DNA from: a virus
Virus record (IMG/VR): IMGVR_UViG_3300017989_000003
Span: 70,606 to 134,605 of that record
Reading direction: 5' to 3' (one strand)
Length of the DNA stretch: 64,000 nucleotides
The notes beneath the pieces are model-generated. The model had not been told where the DNA came from, ran no database searches, and was given only the letters and a program-made list of their open reading frames with translations. Position 1 is the stretch's first letter. Each line of letters opens with the position of its first letter. The position numbers were made by a program, and so were the translations under genes. Shown one piece after another: positions 20,618-31,745 of this stretch.

Positions 20618-23353
20618 GTGGTTATGCTAAGAATATTTAGTTCAAAGTATGTCTATTCCGCACTTTTTAACAATATTTCTGAAATTGTAGACTGGCTAAT
20701 AACCAGAAATACAGTTGAAGTCATTGCATTAAATGAGTCTATTTTCATTACCAAAGATAAGTACGGTAATGAAATGACTTTCGGAATAGCTAGTGAAGTG
20801 GGTTACTTTACAGGGAGCGTAATGTCTCCTATCAGTTATTTTGTTGTTAATCTATTTAACAGGAGGGCTAGACATGTATCTAGGAGCTTATGCGAAAGTA
20901 GTAGTCGGTGATAAAAACACACTAGACACGATTATAAAATCGTGTAACAGCTGTGACTACACAAGTGAAGATAAACTTCACATATATTGTCCAAAGTGCG
21001 GGGACAAGCTGGTGAAAGATGTACGTAGTACTCCGTTAGACGTAATGGAATTTATAGAAAGCATTGATATAAACGACGTCACAGAGAAAAACGTATATTT
21101 CTTATTTTATGGCGATTCAAACGATGAATACGATGAGGTGTTTTATATCATCAATGATGACGAATCAACTGGTGATGATATGGATACCACAGATACGTAC
21201 GAAATAACGCAAGAATTCATGAACATTAAAATGGAAAGATTCAAAGAAATCTATAACAAGTACCTGAAGGATAAGTTAAAGAGATTCTCCGTGGAATTCA
21301 AGTTTGGATTTGTAAATACCATAAATGGTGGTATTTCGTAATTTTAATATGGAGGTGTCTTATGAAAATTGCTGTGGTTTTAGAATTTAGTGACTTAACT
21401 CCTGAAAAAAAAGAGGAGGTCATACAGAGAGTCACTAATGAAATGGTATGTGCTGAGCTTGATATACTTTTCGAGTCAGTTAGGGCAGGCGAAATTTCTG
21501 AGGATGAAGCCTACGAGACAATCGGCTGTTCGAAGGAGTATGCTTCTTCTACTCCTTGGTTTGTTCCCAGCGTATACTATGAGAACAACAAGGAAAAAGT
21601 CGACAAGGCTGTTAATGGGTTTATTAACAGCCGTGTTTTCGACAAAAACGGAGAGGCTATTGCTGTAGATTTGAACGATGATTCCATAGTAGATATCTGG
21701 GAATCATTGTGCACAGTAGTGTCTAATTTAGACCCAGCTGTATATCACGACAAAGGGATGAGAGAGACTATAAAGAAAGACCTAGAGAACGTACTGAGGA
21801 TATTAAATAAAGAGTTTAATATACCTGAGGTGCCAGATGGAAATTAAGCAGCTCTCATTCCCTTTTGGTTTAAGGGAAAGTCTCAGTAATAGACTAATAG
21901 GACACTACCCGATAATATCAAAAACCAAACTGTTCGAAGAAATACGGGGTCTGGTTAGGAACTTTTATAAGTTTGGTGGTGCCTACTATTCACTCCATGC
22001 TGCATCTGAGGCGATAGAAGCATATATAGATTACAAAAATGTAAGCGCTCCTTTTGAAGTTGATATGTTGGATGCAGACGACGTGCTGTACAACATAATA
22101 CTCAAGAGAGTCAGGGCATGGAGAGGTAATCCTAAATGAGGGGGTTTGTGATGAAACAACTAGAATTTAAGTTTGTACAGACAGGTATGTACAGAGTCGT
22201 CTACGAACTCTGTAAAGAGTGGATAGACGGTACGCTATCCTTTCATACAGAGTCGTTTCGATGCCGTATTAAACGTATTATTCGTAAGTACTATATAGTT
22301 ACAAAGTCACAGGAGGAAGCTCTTATTACAATAAGTAAGAGTATCATGAATAGACTAATGAGTTCTAAAGATTTTGTGACTAACAACATAAGAAAAGTAA
22401 CTTCAGTTACGGTTGAAACTATAGAGCTATTTGTCACGTTTCAAAAGACAGGAACAACAAATGAAATCAAAAATAAATATTAATATATGTAAAGTCTGTG
22501 GTATGCCGTGTTGTAAATTCGATAAGGACAGGACGCGTACGGATTTTATACTGTTGACGCAGAATGAATGTGAAGCGTTGCGACCTGAGCATAAAACAAC
22601 AAGGTTTGGTGTTATAGTCAACAGGTGCGGATTCAGGGTGCGTTTACGGATAGTAAACGATGATGGGGATAAGCAATGTCCCTATTTGTCAGACACAGGT
22701 ACATGTATGATAGCCTACGCACTTCCTAGTACATGAGTGGATTTTATAGAAAACTGTAGTAAGTACTTGCAGTTAAGTAAGGAATCAAAAGTAACCCCGT
22801 TATTCTTTTGGAGGAGATGAGATGAATTTATTCATAAATACAAAGTACGTATGGAAAAATGGGTTTAATAAAACCAAGTCGGGTGTGATGGTTAATCCTA
22901 GGTTATTCTACTTACTATTGGATTACGTCAGGTATATAATTAATGTTGATATTAGTCATTTAGTGACGTCAGTTGTTTACCGTTTTTACAGTGATGAGAT
23001 GAGTTGTCCATCACAGAACTACGTATCATTCCTCAATAGGATTGAGAACATGATTACCAGTATTAAGTACACGACGGGGGTATGCTATGGCTAAGATTTC
23101 GCAGAAACGAGTAAAGGAGCTACAAGACAAAGAAAATAAAGCAGAAGAAAGGAAACAAACATTTCTAGCGTACTCTAATAAGTTAGAACGTGAGGGTATA
23201 AATATAAAAAATTCACTGCATTTATACTCTGAGGACTTTCCAGAGTCAATAGAAGCGTACGTTAAGATGTTGATTAGTAAAAAAGTAGCTGAACGTATAA
23301 TACAGGTAGCTAGGGATATTAGCGCCATTGCCTGTGACATTCCGTTAGAATGA
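20618..23353 (+). other. Block of short hypothetical ORFs (includes Zn-ribbon protein 20874-21341)
   Basis: Abutting ORFs with RBSs; CxxC...CxxC. Confidence 0.7.
22461..22820 (+). pseudogene. YkgJ-like Cys-cluster protein with in-frame TGA at 22734 (pseudogene or recoded)
   Basis: CKVCGMPCC...CPYL...C; read-through aligns with paralog 25360-25707 and ends just before the next gene. Confidence 0.65.
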
Positions 23354-23751
23354 TAAAATGGTGTCCAGTCAGGTATAAGACACCATTAATTAATTAACTG
23401 TATAGACACCTCATAAAGCAAAAAATGCGTGTCCAGTCAGGTATATAGGATTAATTCTATGTATTTGGTAAAAGGATACGCATTTTTGCGTTACATGCGG
23501 GCGGGCGCATTAGGTGCATGTGTGAAACAATTATTTGAACACGCAAGAGTACTCACGTATGTACGTGTGAAACAGTTATTTGATTTCAGGTACATACGCA
23601 GGAAAGCTACGAGTAATTCAAGCTGTTGTTTTCAAACATAATCTCCTTTTAGCATATAGCTATTTGCTCCATATTTCACGCAGGAACCATTTTATGGCAT
23701 TAATCCATATGAAAGTATGCTTTTTGACGAAAAAGCTAAAATAATGGCAAA

Positions 23752-23779
23752 TTTACAAGATTTACATTTTCTATATAAC
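23752..23779 (+). promoter_or_regulatory. promoter TTTACA-N16-TATAAC
   Basis: Consensus match upstream of ORF 23840. Confidence 0.7.
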
Positions 23780-23839
23780 TATGTAGAGCGATAAGGAAGT
23801 CGCTTAAATTTCTAAAACTTTTTTCAAAAGAGGTGTACT

Positions 23840-24043
23840 ATGTCAGAAATCATCATCGGTAAGAACGTAAAAGCAAAAATCGAAAAAAACATTCTTACCA
23901 TCAAAGTTGATTTATCTCAGGATTTCGGTGACACGAAATCAGGTAAGTCGATTTCGATTGGCACTACTGGTGCCCCAGCTACAATCGATAACAATGGAGA
24001 GCAGATTTCGGTCGGACTCAATGTCTACAAGCCGAAAAGCTAA
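23840..24043 (+). CDS. small conserved beta-rich hypothetical protein, monocistronic
   Basis: NILTIKVDLS..FG...SGK...I.TT...GLNVY pattern; own promoter and terminator. Confidence 0.75.
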   Translation: MSEIIIGKNVKAKIEKNILTIKVDLSQDFGDTKSGKSISIGTTGAPATIDNNGEQISVGLNVYKPKS

Positions 24044-24068
24044 ACGAGTAAACTGAACTGCTGAACAA

Positions 24069-24107
24069 GAGTAGCACGAAGCTGTTTTCGTGCTACTCAC
24101 TTTTTTT
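24069..24107 (+). terminator. intrinsic terminator
   Basis: GAGTAGCACGAA/TTCGTGCTACTC stem plus T run. Confidence 0.8.
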
Positions 24108-24460
24108 GAAATTCTTACATAGGTGTATCATGAAAGAATTAACTTTAACTGAACTATTGGATAAAGAGACAGAATTGATAGTGTACTTCAGGAAGCACAT
24201 GCTGGTTCTGATTTCTGAGAATAAGAAGAAAAAATCTCAGAATAACAGAACGACCAGAACTGTGAAAACTAGTTCTGGTAAACTGAGAAGGTACAGAGTT
24301 TTCTTCGGGGCGAACCGTCGACCTGATTTCGATGTTTCAAACCCGACAGAAAAAGACTTTAGATTCAAAACAGTAAATAGCAGTTCCAGATTATTTAGCT
24401 CAAAAGAGCTAACTGAGGAACTGATAAGAATTCTTACTTACCATTCAACAGAGGTGTATT

Positions 24461-24829
24461 ATGTTAGCATTAAACATATCACAGCACGAGCCAACTGAGT
24501 TACAGGTGCTCAGTGGCTTAATGGAGCTGAATAAGAGCGACGTCACAAGTATGAAGAAGCTTCTGACGTTTGACGAGGCTCCAGATATTTCAGAAATGAA
24601 AAATCGTGCAGAACAGCTTGTAAAAATTTGCGCCAACAACTACAACTTGAAAGTAGTTATGCTGGCACCAGCCCCGTTCTTCACATCAATTCTCGAGAAT
24701 ACTTTCAAAGAAAATGGGTACAAAGTTGTGTATTCGTTTTCTCAGCGAAAGTCCGTCGAGAAAAAAATGCCTGATGGAACCGTCAAAAAAGTAAATGTTT
24801 TCGAATTTCAAGATTTCATAGAGGTATAG
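24461..24829 (+). CDS. Csx20/Csx15-like small Rossmann protein
   Basis: N-terminal LNISQH.PT..Q; C-terminal VYSFSQR.SVE...DGTVKK..VFEF..F. Confidence 0.45.
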   Translation: MLALNISQHEPTELQVLSGLMELNKSDVTSMKKLLTFDEAPDISEMKNRAEQLVKICANNYNLKVVMLAPAPFFTSILENTFKENGYKVVYSFSQRKSVEKKMPDGTVKKVNVFEFQDFIEV

Positions 24830-24862
24830 TACAACATGTTGTGGTGTGTAGTATACAAAATA

Positions 24863-24908
24863 CTACTACACCGTTACTGGTTGCAAAATACCCCTTGACA
24901 AAATTGAC
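24863..24908 (+). repeat. Dispersed element, copy 2
   Basis: One mismatch versus copy 1 over 37 bp; shares the AAAATTGAC extension with the copy at 48985. Confidence 0.9.
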
Positions 24909-25359
24909 AAATGGAGGGAAAAACAATGGACTTTAACGAGATTTCTGAAAACAATGAACTTGCTCAGAATCACATAAACGAGCAAAGTTCCACTGAAATA
25001 AATGATTTCGTAGATTTCTTGGAAGCTGTTGAGAAAATCATCGAAGGTGAATCTCACAGCTCATTCGTTTTACGAATTCCACTGGATGACATTAGATTAA
25101 AAAAACTCGAACAGGCACTGAAAGATGTTGATTTGGCGATAAACGCCAATCAACTCTACTGCCACAAAGGATGTGGCAGTAGAATCCTCTGGTTCGGCAC
25201 CGCTGTCGGTGCCGAAACGTTTACCTGCGGTAAATGCACCGCCAGAGTAAATGTAAACCCCCCGTTGAGAAGAAAAAATTAACATGCAATTGGCATGATA
25301 CACCTAGTGAGAGTCTAGCCCTAGTGGCTAGACTCTCTTGTTGTATTTAAGGAGGAACT

Positions 25360-25707
25360 ATGGATGATATGGATATATGCGAAGTTTGCGGCATGGAATG
25401 CTGTAGATTTAAGGATAGAACCAGAAAGGGGTTCATACACATCCACGGTGAAGTGTATGAGAAGCTACTCCCTGAGCATCAAGGCGAATACTATGGAGAA
25501 ACTCGGGACCATGGTTTCAGGGTATTTCTAATAGAAAAGGGCGACTTGTTGGTTTGCCCATATCTATCTGATGATATGAAATCTTGTAAAATCAGTTATT
25601 GTCCTCCACGGACATGTTTGGAGTTCATAAGGAGCTGCGGGAAAGCTAAGCAGATAGTCGCTGAGTTACCGTTATTTATTAAACTGAAAGGAAAAAATGA
25701 AAAATAG
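25360..25707 (+). CDS. YkgJ-like Cys-cluster (Zn/Fe-binding) protein
   Basis: CEVCGMECC...CPYL....C.I...PP.TC. Confidence 0.65.
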   Translation: MDDMDICEVCGMECCRFKDRTRKGFIHIHGEVYEKLLPEHQGEYYGETRDHGFRVFLIEKGDLLVCPYLSDDMKSCKISYCPPRTCLEFIRSCGKAKQIVAELPLFIKLKGKNEK

Positions 25708-27058
25708 CCTAATCGTCGTCAACTTCAACGGTAGGAACCGCATTTTAGAAATCCTCCGTGATATATTCCATCAGGTCGTTTTCGATTATGTATCAGACTA
25801 CAGAGGTGAACGAGCAAAGTTCACTATATTCTGTGTCGGCGAACCAGCTGAAATCGGGCTGTTAAAATCATATTGTCATACTCTAGCCAGATATGACAAT
25901 GACGTATTGGAGTATGTGGCATAACATTGTCCAATCGGGTATATAACATTGTGAGGTTACAAATGACAGAAAAACATAATGAAGTGAATATGGCGTTGTA
26001 TCATCTGGCAAAATTGATGCAATACTGCCAGACAACTAAAATAGAGGAAGTACCCTCTGTTTCAGACACTCCATTAAATATAAGTATTCACTTAATCAGA
26101 TGGATAGAGCTATTATTTATTGGAATAAGCTATGAACTGGCTTTTCCAGAACAGGTTAAGAAAAGGAACGGGGGATTATTAGTACATCTGAAAGATTTGC
26201 CGAATATTGAAAAATTTAGAGGGAAAAAGAAAGTCGAAAAGGCAATCTGGATTTATAAGAAGTATAATAATCCCAAACACCCAATAGCAGTGGATTTATA
26301 TTATATGGATTGCATCCCTGAGATAAGGGATTTTGAAAAAGAGTATTTCGGTAAATAAATACTGTCCAATCGCAAACCTATGGAGGTGGTTATATGAGAA
26401 TAACTAGACACAAACCTAGCAACTTATATCCTAGAGGTTGCATTACAAAGCGAAATACAATTGTAGTTCGTTCTATGGATGAACTCTATAAGATACTAAT
26501 AGGTATCTTTCAAGTTCCAACAATCGCAGTAGATACTTTAGTTCATAAATTAGAAAAGATTGGGATTGTAGAAATACATCATTATAATCACAATATGAAT
26601 ACGTGGTTTGATTATATGTTTATCAAATCACATAACTTCAGATACTAATAGTGTCCAGTCGGATACATAATGAAATATAATATACTGTCCAGTCGGACAT
26701 AATGGGTATAAAGTAGTGTCCAGTCAGGCATTGCTTTATACCCGTTTTGTATATATACACACATGCGTACGTACGTATGTGAAGAATATAGGTAAAGGGA
26801 ATCGAACTACGAGCATAGAGAATAGAATTAGTTATTAATCGGATTAGATTATTATTAACTTGCGATATGTATTGGTTTTTACTAATCTGATAAAATGAGT
26901 ATTTTATCAAATACTGGTACGAGTATAGAGTTGTCTGCGCCTATCTCGCAAGGGTTTATTGCCAGTTGTAAAGCAAAAAAAAACTAGTGGAATTTGTCAA
27001 AAAAATACGATTTTTACTTGAATTTTGATTAGTTTTTTACTAATATATTATTAGCTAA

Positions 27059-27086
27059 TTTACATGATTTGAAATTTCTATATAAC
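27059..27086 (+). promoter_or_regulatory. promoter TTTACA-N16-TATAAC upstream of the sigma factor
   Basis: Consensus match. Confidence 0.7.
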
Positions 27087-27128
27087 TATATAACAAAAAA
27101 GATTTCTTTTAATTAAAAGAGTAAAAAC

Positions 27129-27719
27129 ATGCAAAAAAAGAAATACACTAATAATTATGAAGTATCACTAAAAAACTATGACTTGATTTTTAGTGAAAAC
27201 AAAAATCAAGTGTACAAAGTGATAATAGCTAAATCTAGATTATTCGGATTTAGTTATTTTGAGGATTTTTTACAATTGACTAGAATTGCTTTATTTGAAG
27301 CAATCGAAACATACGATGAAACTAGGTCTGCTTTTAATACTTGGTTTTACATTGTACAATCAAAGCATATTGAAATATATATCCGTACATTTATTAAGCG
27401 AGAGAAATCATTTTCTAATACTATTAATGATAATAATGAAAGTGATAACGAAAATCCAAGTCAATTTCAAATACCAGTTTTTGATTTTGATTTAGCGGAT
27501 TTAGAATATAGGAATTTAAGAATATTAAAGTTTAAGAAATTGTTAAAAGCATCGACCACGCCGTACGAGCGTCGATTGCTTTATATGAATATTGTCGATG
27601 AGTTAAACCAACAAGAGATTGCTAATTCATTAAATGTTTCAAGGCAAACCATTTCAATAAGGATACAACGGGCGATAGCCAAGATACGAGAGTCCGCTTG
27701 GTTATATGATTTAAGATAG
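27129..27719 (+). CDS. sigma-70-family RNA polymerase sigma factor (regions 2 and 4)
   Basis: EDFLQ...IALFEAIETYD....FNTW (region 2); LNQQEIANSLNVSRQTIS..IQRAI.KIR (region 4 HTH). Confidence 0.85.
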   Translation: MQKKKYTNNYEVSLKNYDLIFSENKNQVYKVIIAKSRLFGFSYFEDFLQLTRIALFEAIETYDETRSAFNTWFYIVQSKHIEIYIRTFIKREKSFSNTINDNNESDNENPSQFQIPVFDFDLADLEYRNLRILKFKKLLKASTTPYERRLLYMNIVDELNQQEIANSLNVSRQTISIRIQRAIAKIRESAWLYDLR

Positions 27720-27832
27720 TGATTCTCAATTTTACAGTAAAGGTTTTTGTTTTTTAAGATTTAAGATTTCTAAATTTAACTTTTGACAATTGACCATCTG
27801 TACAGTTGTCAATACAAAAATGAGGTGTTATC

Positions 27833-29227
27833 ATGCGAAAAAATTCCAAAACCAATTCCAAAACCAATTCCAAAACCAATTCCAAAACCAATTCCAAAAC
27901 CAAAACTGACAAACCGAAAACCGAAATCAAAACCGAAAAAACTGAAACAAATGAAATTCAAGTCTTTGAAAACATGATTTCAGATTTTCGAAAATCTGAA
28001 AAGAAAGTGGAAATTGTAAATTTACCGATTACAATTTTTGAGAAAATATCGGGGTTAAAGCCCGATAGTCAATTGTCAAGGTTTGATAGTTTGAAGAAAA
28101 ATTCAAAGAAAAAAGACGACTTGAGCCAGTGTACGAGCTCAAGCCAATTGCCTGCAATAACAATTCAAATTTCACAGAATGATGTGAAATTGACAGATGG
28201 CAATCGTCGGGTTAAATTTTGCTTAAGCAATAAGCAAAATTCTGCTTTTTCACAAATAAAAGCTAGATTAGAAAAGGTAGAGATATCTGACAGTTGTCTA
28301 CTTCAGGATTCTAATCTTACTTTTGATTTTCAATCTTTCTTGTACAACTATCTTCTTGCTAGTGAAGAAGATAAAAAATTGCCAATAGTCAAAAAGCGGA
28401 TTATTGACATATCTTCCTTTTTAGTCGCTTTTGGATTTATCGAAAGCGTAAAAGACATTGAATCTATGGATTTGCAAAAAGTCAAATCATTGCCGAAAAT
28501 CTCAAAATCTTTTCTAGCATTAATGCTGGAAAAGAACTACGAGATAGACGGCAATAAAAAATCTTCCTTAGATTTAATATGTCGAGTATCGAACGAAAAG
28601 AAAACTACAATTCTTAATAGTCTAAAAAAATCAATCAATAAAAAAGACTATTTGTACAGAATTTCATTGCTGTACAATGAATTAAAAGAAAAATCGGAAA
28701 GTGGTAAAACTGATAAGGAAGATAAAAAATCGGAAAATGGTAAAACTGATAAGGAAGATAAAAAATCAAATAAAAAGAAAGCTCCTGCCACGAGCAAGAA
28801 AGAGTCGAATTACACAAATATCAATAATGATAACTGTGTAACTAATGCTTTGATGCACTCGACTGATACACATATAATATTTCTGATACTAACGCAATTC
28901 GTATTTTGCGAATTGTTCAGAAATAAATATCCTATCCGTACAATTTCAGAAGCAGACATAAGCAACGAGAAAAACATTTTTGATGATTGTACTGATATAA
29001 TTAGTGACTATACTGTCACTAATTATAAAGCTGCAATTAAATCATCTAAAAAGAATCTAACTAATATTCGACAGCAATTAATCACATGCCAAAAAAATAT
29101 AGTCGCTAAACAAGATTTAGCGAAAATAGGGTATATTATCAATTATCTAGATGCTTTTATGGAAATAACGACCTTAGATGATATTTATGAGTTATTAGGG
29201 GTAAAAGAATTAATTTCTAATGAATAA
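27833..29227 (+). CDS. ParB-like domain protein with low-complexity repeats
   Basis: LTDGNRR motif; (NSKT)x5 at the N-terminus; duplicated KSExGKTDKEDK. Confidence 0.45.
   Translation: MRKNSKTNSKTNSKTNSKTNSKTKTDKPKTEIKTEKTETNEIQVFENMISDFRKSEKKVEIVNLPITIFEKISGLKPDSQLSRFDSLKKNSKKKDDLSQCTSSSQLPAITIQISQNDVKLTDGNRRVKFCLSNKQNSAFSQIKARLEKVEISDSCLLQDSNLTFDFQSFLYNYLLASEEDKKLPIVKKRIIDISSFLVAFGFIESVKDIESMDLQKVKSLPKISKSFLALMLEKNYEIDGNKKSSLDLICRVSNEKKTTILNSLKKSINKKDYLYRISLLYNELKEKSESGKTDKEDKKSENGKTDKEDKKSNKKKAPATSKKESNYTNINNDNCVTNALMHSTDTHIIFLILTQFVFCELFRNKYPIRTISEADISNEKNIFDDCTDIISDYTVTNYKAAIKSSKKNLTNIRQQLITCQKNIVAKQDLAKIGYIINYLDAFMEITTLDDIYELLGVKELISNE
27842..27901 (+). repeat. 12-bp tandem repeat AATTCCAAAACC x5 (coding)
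   Basis: Directly visible. Confidence 0.9.
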
Positions 29228-29268
29228 TAATAATTTAATGTACAATCGTTAAATTATTTCTCAAAAAT

Positions 29269-29310
29269 AAAAAGCGCTAGAATCACAAAAAAGATTCTAG
29301 CGCTTTTTTT
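29269..29310 (+). terminator. intrinsic, potentially bidirectional terminator
   Basis: AAAAAGCGCTAGAATC/GATTCTAGCGCTTTTT. Confidence 0.8.
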
Positions 29311-29998
29311 GTATTTTCACTTTTTGCATTAATCAATCATATATACAATTGATTATATAAAGCTTGTATTTGCTTAGTCTATACTTTGCAAATACAAGCT
29401 TTTTTTATTGCTTTCATACTTTAATACTAATAGCATATCTAATAAATTCTAGCGCTAATACAATTAAAATAAAAGTATGTTGATAAATGAAAAATAAACA
29501 ATTGTAAATAATTGTATTAGCAAATCTAATGCCAAATATCATATACAATAATACCTAGTCAACTAGTGGATTATCAGCTAATCGTATAAATTCACTTGTA
29601 CAATACAGTATATATTATGATTATGATTTCAACCGATTAGTTAATTATATGATTAGCATTATTGCTTTTTATCAGTATTGACAAATGTATGCGCAATGAC
29701 AAAATAGAAAATAGTAAAATTTCAAATTGACAAAAAGCAATACCGAACCTAAGGCTTAATTGCCAACTGTCAGAGCCACCCATACATTTGTCAATTTTGA
29801 CGGGTGGCGCCCAAGAATGACCACCCCCTCAAGATTTACTGAAAATTCGAATGTCAAGCACTCCACGGTCAAAAATCAGGCTCACGTCAACCACCTCTCA
29901 ACACCCGTCCCACAAAGCAGTCACAACAGCCACCATTGCCAAAACAGCCACCCAGGTACTATGGTGAGTAAAAAAATTTTTGGAAAAAATCTAGGTGT

Positions 29999-30034
29999 GT
30001 CAAGGGGTTTTTTGCAACCGGTAACGGCGTAGTA
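29999..30034 (-). repeat. Dispersed element, copy 3 (reverse)
   Basis: Reverse complement reads TACTACGCCGTTACCGGTTGCAAAAAACCCCTTGAC. Confidence 0.85.
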
Positions 30035-30229
30035 TGGTTTTGGGGGTAGTACACCACAACATATAGTCTCGATGGAAACAGCCGTTTCAGGCGTTATTTA
30101 TCGACTGGACGCCCATTGTACCTGGGTTTATCGTCTCGATGTCATTATTTACTTTTTGGTTCTCATACAAAAATGCTGGAGTTATCATTTGTTCTAATTC
30201 GTAAATCACTTAGTCCATAAACAAGTGAA

Positions 30230-31351
30230 CTACCCTCGCCTAAAGGCGAGAGCTTCCTGTAAAGTTACAGAACACTCTCTTTCGAGAATGGCTTGTCCCA
30301 AGCAAAATATGTTTTTAGCTGCGTTCACGTCTCTATCTTCTTCATAACTACAAGAACACTTATATCGTCGCTTATGCAATGGCATGTCTTGTTTCTGACC
30401 ACAATTGTTACAAGTCTTTGAAGTATCTTGTGGATTGATTTTTACAAGCGTTTTAGTTTTGTAAGAAAGATAGGATATGAATTTCGCTAATTGAGAATTT
30501 CTTAATTCTCTGTTTAATCCTCTTATTTCAGATTCAGACATTTTCTTCAAAGCAAGGTCTTCGCAAATAATTGTATCGTATTTGGAGGATAGGTTTTTTG
30601 AAACCTTATGCAAAAAATCATTAATTTTACGATTCTTTACATCATACAATCTTTGAATAACCTCGCTCAAAAATCTAAAATATCTTGACCCCTTTTTACA
30701 TTGCGTATCCCTCCTTGATTTAAGTTTATTGATTTTCTTATCAAAATATTTTGCGTGTGTTTTATTTTTGATAATTTTACTCTCTGATGTTGCTACAAGA
30801 TTTGTTATACCGACATCTATCCCAATAATGCCGTTACCTAATTTCTCTTTTTCGTAGTCGGTTGTTATACAAAGAAACCATTTATTATTTTCACACTTAA
30901 TAGTTACTGTTTTGATGTTTCCTTGAATATCCCTGTGTCTATTGAATTTCACATCTCCATAAATTTTTGTATGGAAAATATTACCTTGAATCGAATAACC
31001 CGATTGAGGATAAATTATACTGAAGAAATTACGACAACTTCTAAATTTAGGAAACCCTGCTTTTTTACCGCACTTAACCCTACGGAAAAAATTTTTATAT
31101 GAAATATCTAATCTGTAGGTTACCTGTTGGACAACCTGACTGTGAATTTCAGCTAAAACGGGGTCTTTAGATTTCAATTCAGGTATTTGCTTTTGCAAAT
31201 CATATCTTGATAAACTCGTTTTGTCTTTTTTATATGCTTCGATTTTTTGATTTAGAAAATAATTATACAACCAATTGAGCTTATTGGCATGAAACCACAA
31301 CTGGCTTTGCTGTTCTTTTGAAGGATGCAACCTAAACTTATAAGTTATCAT
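30230..31351 (-). CDS. tnpB: RNA-guided nuclease TnpB
   Basis: [31 protein letters not shown]. Confidence 0.95.
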   Translation of the reverse strand: MITYKFRLHPSKEQQSQLWFHANKLNWLYNYFLNQKIEAYKKDKTSLSRYDLQKQIPELKSKDPVLAEIHSQVVQQVTYRLDISYKNFFRRVKCGKKAGFPKFRSCRNFFSIIYPQSGYSIQGNIFHTKIYGDVKFNRHRDIQGNIKTVTIKCENNKWFLCITTDYEKEKLGNGIIGIDVGITNLVATSESKIIKNKTHAKYFDKKINKLKSRRDTQCKKGSRYFRFLSEVIQRLYDVKNRKINDFLHKVSKNLSSKYDTIICEDLALKKMSESEIRGLNRELRNSQLAKFISYLSYKTKTLVKINPQDTSKTCNNCGQKQDMPLHKRRYKCSCSYEEDRDVNAAKNIFCLGQAILERECSVTLQEALAFRRG

Positions 31352-31475
31352 TCTTGCAAACTCCTTTGGTTTTCAATATATTCTTTCAAAACATCAATAG
31401 TTACGTTTCCAGTCGTCGCCAAAAAATAAGAAGGCGACCAAAACGAATCCCCCCATAATTTATCTGATATTTCAT
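31348..31475 (-). pseudogene. tnpA: 3' fragment of IS200 Y1 transposase
   Basis: Translates to [32 protein letters not shown] and overlaps the tnpB start (ATGA). Confidence 0.8.
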
Positions 31476-31745
31476 ACCAGTTTGTCAATCAACTGATGGG
31501 TTGGACTCCCCAAGAGCGATTATTTTGACTGTCCCACATTCAGGACAGGCATACAAATTGGTTTTTAAGCTTCTATCCATCATTTTACCGCCAAACACAA
31601 CACCCTCAATCGGGTCTCCAATAATGAAGAACTTAATTTGGTCTGGGTCTTGGTCGTCATAGCCGCATGCTTTACATTTCATGGTAATCCTTTCAGTTTG
31701 TTGTTGTTGTATTACTTCTATTCCCTGTCTTTTTACCTCTTTGGG

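Larger units (their letters stand above)
30225..31475 (-). mobile_element. IS200/IS605-family element (tnpB plus tnpA remnant), left end not found
   Basis: Right-end hairpin CTCTCGCC-TTTA-GGCGAGGG ending GTTCAC; tnpB; tnpA C-terminal fragment. Confidence 0.85.

Noticed and set aside
27783-27977. (IPKP)n ORF and the 12-bp tandem as a possible CRISPR or iteron
   Set aside because: No spacers; alternative frame of the coding NSKT repeat in 27833-29227
29760-30032. 90-aa ORF in the convergence zone
   Set aside because: TTG start, no RBS, atypical composition and overlap with the dispersed repeat
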